64,000 nt of DNA, taken from assembly GCA_002633005.1 (NCBI GenBank), contig NMRA01000189.1, forward strand, positions 266,805 through 330,804, given 5' to 3'. Each line of letters begins with the position of its first letter. Position 1 is the stretch's first letter. The notes beneath the pieces are model-generated. The model was not told where the DNA came from, ran no database searches, and saw only the letters and a program-made list of their open reading frames with translations. Of the stretch, positions 61,831 through 64,000 are shown in pieces. Both the position numbers and the translations under genes were made by a program. This stretch comes from Phoronis australis. Taxonomy: Eukaryota > Animalia > Phoronida.

Positions 61831-64000
61831 AGACGGGCCAAAAGTCAGAAAAGCTGTTTAGAACTTGAAAATTCGGCTCAAGTTTGACTGGCTAATTTAA
61901 TTGTTGAAAGTATAGCTTTACTATTCTTGTCAATCGGCTTACATTTGGACCTTCGGCAACTGCAGGGGCCATAACGCTATAAAAACTCAGAACTTCAACT
62001 TTTTAGCAGATGTGTAGCCTAGTAACTTTTGATTTCCAGTTTCTGCGGGAAAGCTTTCACTTAGTCACACTCTGTAGTAAGTTGCATTATGATTGACAGA
62101 TGTCAACGTAAGACTAGCAACTTAGGACACTGAGCTTTTTACCAATACTGGTTAATTACTGTGGATACTGTCGTGTTGCCATGTGTCAGTTAGATATACG
62201 GACTGGTTGTTCGCCCACCCTGTAGGGTTTGTTTAAAAGGTTACTAAACCCGGATTTGCGTTAGACACTGGACTCCTAAAGCGGTCGTGTTTACTTCTTC
62301 ACGGATTTGTACGCAGATCGCGGGAGACGGGATTCTTTGATATCAAGAACACAAATGTAACTTCTTTAGCTGAGTGCCGCGCAGGACTCCAGTTACCACA
62401 TTAGTGATGACTTATGGAAAGCCATGCCTGAAATGAATTAAACTATCGTGGACTAACACTGATGATCTGTTTTACTTCACAAATTGAATTTCCCGAATTT
62501 TGGAAATGCAATGTGTGAGCCTAAAACGATATTATCGTTCTGCTTGCTTTTGAAAACCCGATAAGCTCCAACAGAGATCGTTAAAAAGTTTCACAATAGG
62601 CTATAGCTAGGTCGATTGCTATCTGTTAACCGCTTTCTTCTGCAGTTGGAACTGCATGGGCCTATCGCTAGATATTTTAATATCTATTAAAACAACGACT
62701 TTCCCATCAGTCCAGCTCTAGTCAACGATTTAATTGTAATCTTCGACAACTATCAAAAGCTTGGTGGAGCAAATTAATTTTGGAAACTATACGTATAAAA
62801 ATAAAGCTGCGACTCAACCTACGCTTTAGGCGAGTTACACAACTGTATGGAAAGAACACATACCAAGACTCACGATATTCGTTCCATCGATAACACAGTG
62901 AATAAGTGTTTCTAGTAGAAATCTGCTTTTGTCACTCGAGTGAGACGACAATGGTGTATTAGCAGCACATAAACAGTGTTTAGTATCATTTTGAATAATA
63001 TAACCATGAAGCTGGCTGTTTCCTTCAAAACTCGAAAGCCTTTTTACTAATTGATCATCTCTTTTCCGTCACTATACCGAACGAAATGAATATAAACTGC
63101 TCCCTCTCGTTTCGCTGCAAATCAGCTCCACCAACAAATAAATAGATAAATAAATAAATAAAACAAGTTTAATTTCTTCTCCCGGACCTACTGAGGTTTC
63201 TCTCTCCAATGAGACTTACCTGTCAATTTTTAAAAGGTCGTAATTTCCGACGGCCGAAGCTACTAATCAAACTTCTCCATGTTAGCAATCGGGCACTTAG
63301 TGTACTTTACAAACTTCGGTCAAACCGGTTACATACTGAGAAATGCTCATGCAGCGCTGTTGTACCTAGAATTGCTGTTCCACTCGAGGTCAACACCATG
63401 TTTACATCTGGTGCTGCGATTAACTCTTATCAAAACAATCTCATTTTTCAACCACATGCACATTAGCAAAAGAACCAAAGTATGCATACCTACATTCATT
63501 TTTACACAAAGCAACGCAGCAAGAACAGTGAACATTTGCCCATGGATAGTGGATGCGAAGCAAGAGTTGTTTTTAAATATTTACAATATTTATAATACTA
63601 TTGGTGTTTACACACTAATGGTAACTACACAAGTGAAACGGTAATGAGAATAGGGATATTTACAGGAAGTTTACGAAGACTAACTATAAATAACATATTT
63701 ACAGCAGAGTGTCCAGTTTTAACTTTCTCATGACTCTTTGAGGATGATAAGTTATCTGCAATTTTAATGGCATGGGTCTAGAGAGTTCCATAATTTAGGG
63801 GTGAGTTATTTGAAACTGTGAAGTCCGTATGAGGTCGTATTTATATAAACTGACGGTGAACTGAAGGGTTAGTGTTCCTCGGAGGTTGTATGTCGAGTCT
63901 TACACGCGGATGAAGTCCGGTGCAGATGTATTTTGAGGCTGATGATGAAGAGCCTTGTACATGGGTGGCGCACCATAGGGGGCTGGGGTGGGGGGGGGGG

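Noticed and set aside
63220-63365. Coding exon with a strong donor (cag|gtaagt) on the minus strand
   Set aside because: Stops in all frames; could only be a non-coding exon.

Overview
Eukaryotic (animal, probably a bilaterian invertebrate) genomic DNA with spliceosomal introns and a very high load of decayed transposons; most entries in the ORF track are spurious. Three multi-exon genes could be assembled by hand from splice sites and reading phase: (1) an RPUSD3-like mitochondrial RluA-family pseudouridine synthase on the minus strand (7 coding exons, 18291->9275, 376 aa); (2) a head-to-head, unidentified 314-aa coiled-coil protein on the plus strand (8 exons, 20526->25695), sharing a promoter at about 20300-20520; (3) a probably secreted thrombospondin type-1 (TSP1) repeat protein on the minus strand (five TSP1 exons, 47001->40872; N-terminal exons only partly resolved). 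Mobile DNA includes a decayed Hero-clade RLE non-LTR retrotransposon with nested insertions, a Penelope-like RT fragment, a CR1-group LINE fragment, Mutator-like (9-bp TSD), Kolobok-like (TTAA) and PIF/Harbinger-like (CAG) elements, several MITE families with 5-bp TSDs, and Helentron-associated (HINE/DINE-1-like) elements. The most striking observations are: a HINE whose internal tandem array carries about 9-11 co-oriented CTCF-consensus motifs; a bidirectional promoter containing a diverged copy of an abundant local MITE; a perfect 25 x 43-bp intronic array; and an RPUSD3-like protein that keeps an Asp at the catalytic position. All family assignments come from remembered motifs, not database searches.
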